A stretch of DNA of 59,439 nucleotides. It comes from Vicinamibacteria bacterium. Lineage in GTDB: Bacteria > Acidobacteriota > Vicinamibacteria > Fen-336 > JAGNNV01. A program made the position numbers and the translations under genes. The notes beneath the pieces were generated by a model that saw nothing but the letters and a program-made list of their open reading frames with translations, ran no database searches and was not told where the DNA came from. Position 1 is the stretch's first letter. Every line of letters begins with the position of its first letter. Positions 58,147 through 59,439 of the stretch are shown here, piece after piece. The DNA is taken from NCBI GenBank assembly GCA_039932395.1, contig JBDTQB010000001.1, positions 1 to 59,439 on the forward strand, given 5' to 3'.

Positions 58147-58588
58147 CGGATTCCTCCCTTACTTCGCACTCGCCATCATCTTCCGCGCGAGGTCTGGAGA
58201 GCTCGTCCTTCATCCACTTGATCCTTTGTTCGTAAGCGTCCCTTGACGCCGCATCCGTGGGCTTATCCATCCCGCCGCCGGATGCAAGCGCTGCGCGGAC
58301 CCTTGCGATCTGCGCCTTCTGGGCCTCGATGCTTTCTGTCATCTGATCCACCGCGGCCTGCGCCTTCGTCAGTCTCTGGTCCTGGAGTGTCAGCCGGGTG
58401 ACCAGGAGTTGAGCGCGGGTGGTCGACGCGGATTGCTTCTCCACCGCCTCCCGGAGATTGCGCACTTCACGCAGCAGGGCTCGGATCGATTCATCCGGGC
58501 CGCCCCCGTCGGTTTGCGCTTGAACGAGCGTGGCGCCTCCGGAAAACGCCGCCATCAGGACAACAGCCATCGCGGTCTTCCTCTTCAT
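58064..58588 (-). CDS. Secreted coiled-coil hypothetical protein
   Basis: Strong SD (aaaggaggaagtcATG). Signal peptide MKRKTAMAVVLMAAFSGGATLVQAQ. Heptad-like Q/A/R/E-rich centre. Confidence 0.55.
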   Translation of the reverse strand: MKRKTAMAVVLMAAFSGGATLVQAQTDGGGPDESIRALLREVRNLREAVEKQSASTTRAQLLVTRLTLQDQRLTKAQAAVDQMTESIEAQKAQIARVRAALASGGGMDKPTDAASRDAYEQRIKWMKDELSRPRAEDDGECEVREESATAVGIGIRRAKSRSGRRRPYESLTCP

Positions 58589-58735
58589 GACTTCCTCCTT
58601 TAGGACTTCATCACGCGGGTTGTTTCCGACTCCGACCCAAACATCGCGGGGCGACGCCGGTTATTGAAGAGACGCGTCACCGAATGAAATCCTTGGCGCT
58701 GACGGCCTGACGAGTTTCTGGTGAACGCCTTCGTC

Positions 58736-59241
58736 TTACTGGGGTATCGCGGAACGAAGCGACATTTCGATCAGGCGTTTGATGAACGACCGAATCTCAT
58801 CTGGCGGCAATCCTGCTGGAATGGGCGCGTCATCCGCCACCTCAATGTACCCGCTCCCATACGAGATCCACCAAGAGTCCCTCTTCGCCCCGGCTGGCGA
58901 AGTAGCGCTTGAAGCCGGGGGGTGTCTTGTTTGATGAGGAGTGTCGAGCCGCTCCGGTCGGCCGCGGCGCGCGTGGATGAGCTGGCTCGCTCGAACGCAC
59001 TCGGATCTCTCGTGAACAGATCCAGGTCCGTGGTCTCACGATGATGCAGATAGAAGCCAGCCAGGGCTGCACCGCCGGTGAGGAAGAAGCCACGCTCGCT
59101 CTCGAAGAACGCCTCGAGGAAGTCTCTCTGCAGGCGGGTCAGCTTATCCGTGGAGGATGCCAAGGCGACGCCATCCGTCGATGAGAAATGGCCAGAACCG
59201 CTGGCGTCGGCCGAGCTTTCGATCGAGGAACGGCAGCGCAT
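58736..59241 (-). pseudogene. AbiEii/AbiGii-like nucleotidyltransferase toxin, frameshifted and shortened
   Basis: The N-terminal part LTRLQRDFLEAFFESERGFFLTGGAALAGFYLHHRETTDLDLFT matches the family signature. The sensible reading then moves to a second frame after the C6 run (58917-58922: ..TPPGFKRYFASRGEEGLLVDLVWERV) and to a third frame (..YIEVADDAPIPAGLPPDEIRSFIKRLIEM.. stop at 58736). Confidence 0.5.
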
Positions 59242-59439
59242 CGGCTACATCCTGAGGGCTTACGAACTGCCACACGCACGGTCGCTTCTCCGGATCGAGA
59301 AGATCGGCAGACCGGGGACGCATCGGTCGTAGTTTAGCTACGAGTCTGCTTTCACCTGCCGACGTGGCAAGCCCGCCAAGCGCCCGCTGACGACGGTTCT
59401 TCACCTTCGGGTACGATCCCTTCGACCATGGCGGAAGGT
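59144..59439 (-). CDS. Hypothetical protein upstream of the AbiEii-like remnant (possible cognate antitoxin); open to the window edge
   Basis: The frame is open from the window end to the TAA at 59144. An internal GTG start at 59404 would give 86 aa. I recognise no family. Confidence 0.3.
   Translation of the reverse strand, partial: LPPWSKGSYPKVKNRRQRALGGLATSAGESRLVAKLRPMRPRSADLLDPEKRPCVWQFVSPQDVADALPFLDRKLGRRQRFWPFLIDGWRRLGILHG

Overview
High-GC bacterial chromosomal segment. The gene content suggests Acidobacteriota: a PadR regulator followed by four MacB/FtsX-type 'ADOP' duplicated orphan permeases, eukaryotic-like Ser/Thr kinase plus FHA signalling, and many exported hydrolases. This taxon call is inference only. 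I support about 50 protein-coding genes and found no rRNA, tRNA or CRISPR array. Most of the window is housekeeping or core metabolism (rapA, xth, lepB, carA/carB, deoA, larC/larE/larB, aminotransferase, GH63-like glucosidase). These genes sit in long co-directional runs joined by 1-4 nt stop/start overlaps (GTGA, ATGA). Four accessory patches stand out. (1) A roughly 4-kb islet (7191-11200) is bracketed by a direct duplication of the 3' end of rapA. It carries three tandem PIN-type toxin-antitoxin modules, two of which have toxins cut down to N-terminal stubs, plus a HEAT-repeat polytopic membrane protein. (2) Two adjacent exported proteins are built from an 18-bp (TPxxVP) tandem repeat. (3) A PD-(D/E)XK nuclease / RNase-H-like / SF1-helicase triple fusion lies divergent from rapA. 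(4) A frameshifted AbiEii-like nucleotidyltransferase remnant lies at the right edge. Two genes are absent from the supplied ORF track: an edge-truncated S9/DPP-IV-like peptidase (1-1879, minus) and an RlpA-like lipoprotein (about 43751-44182, minus) with no ATG/GTG/TTG start. Many long ORFs in the track are antisense shadows typical of high-GC DNA and were rejected. All functional calls come from reading motifs by eye; no database search was run.
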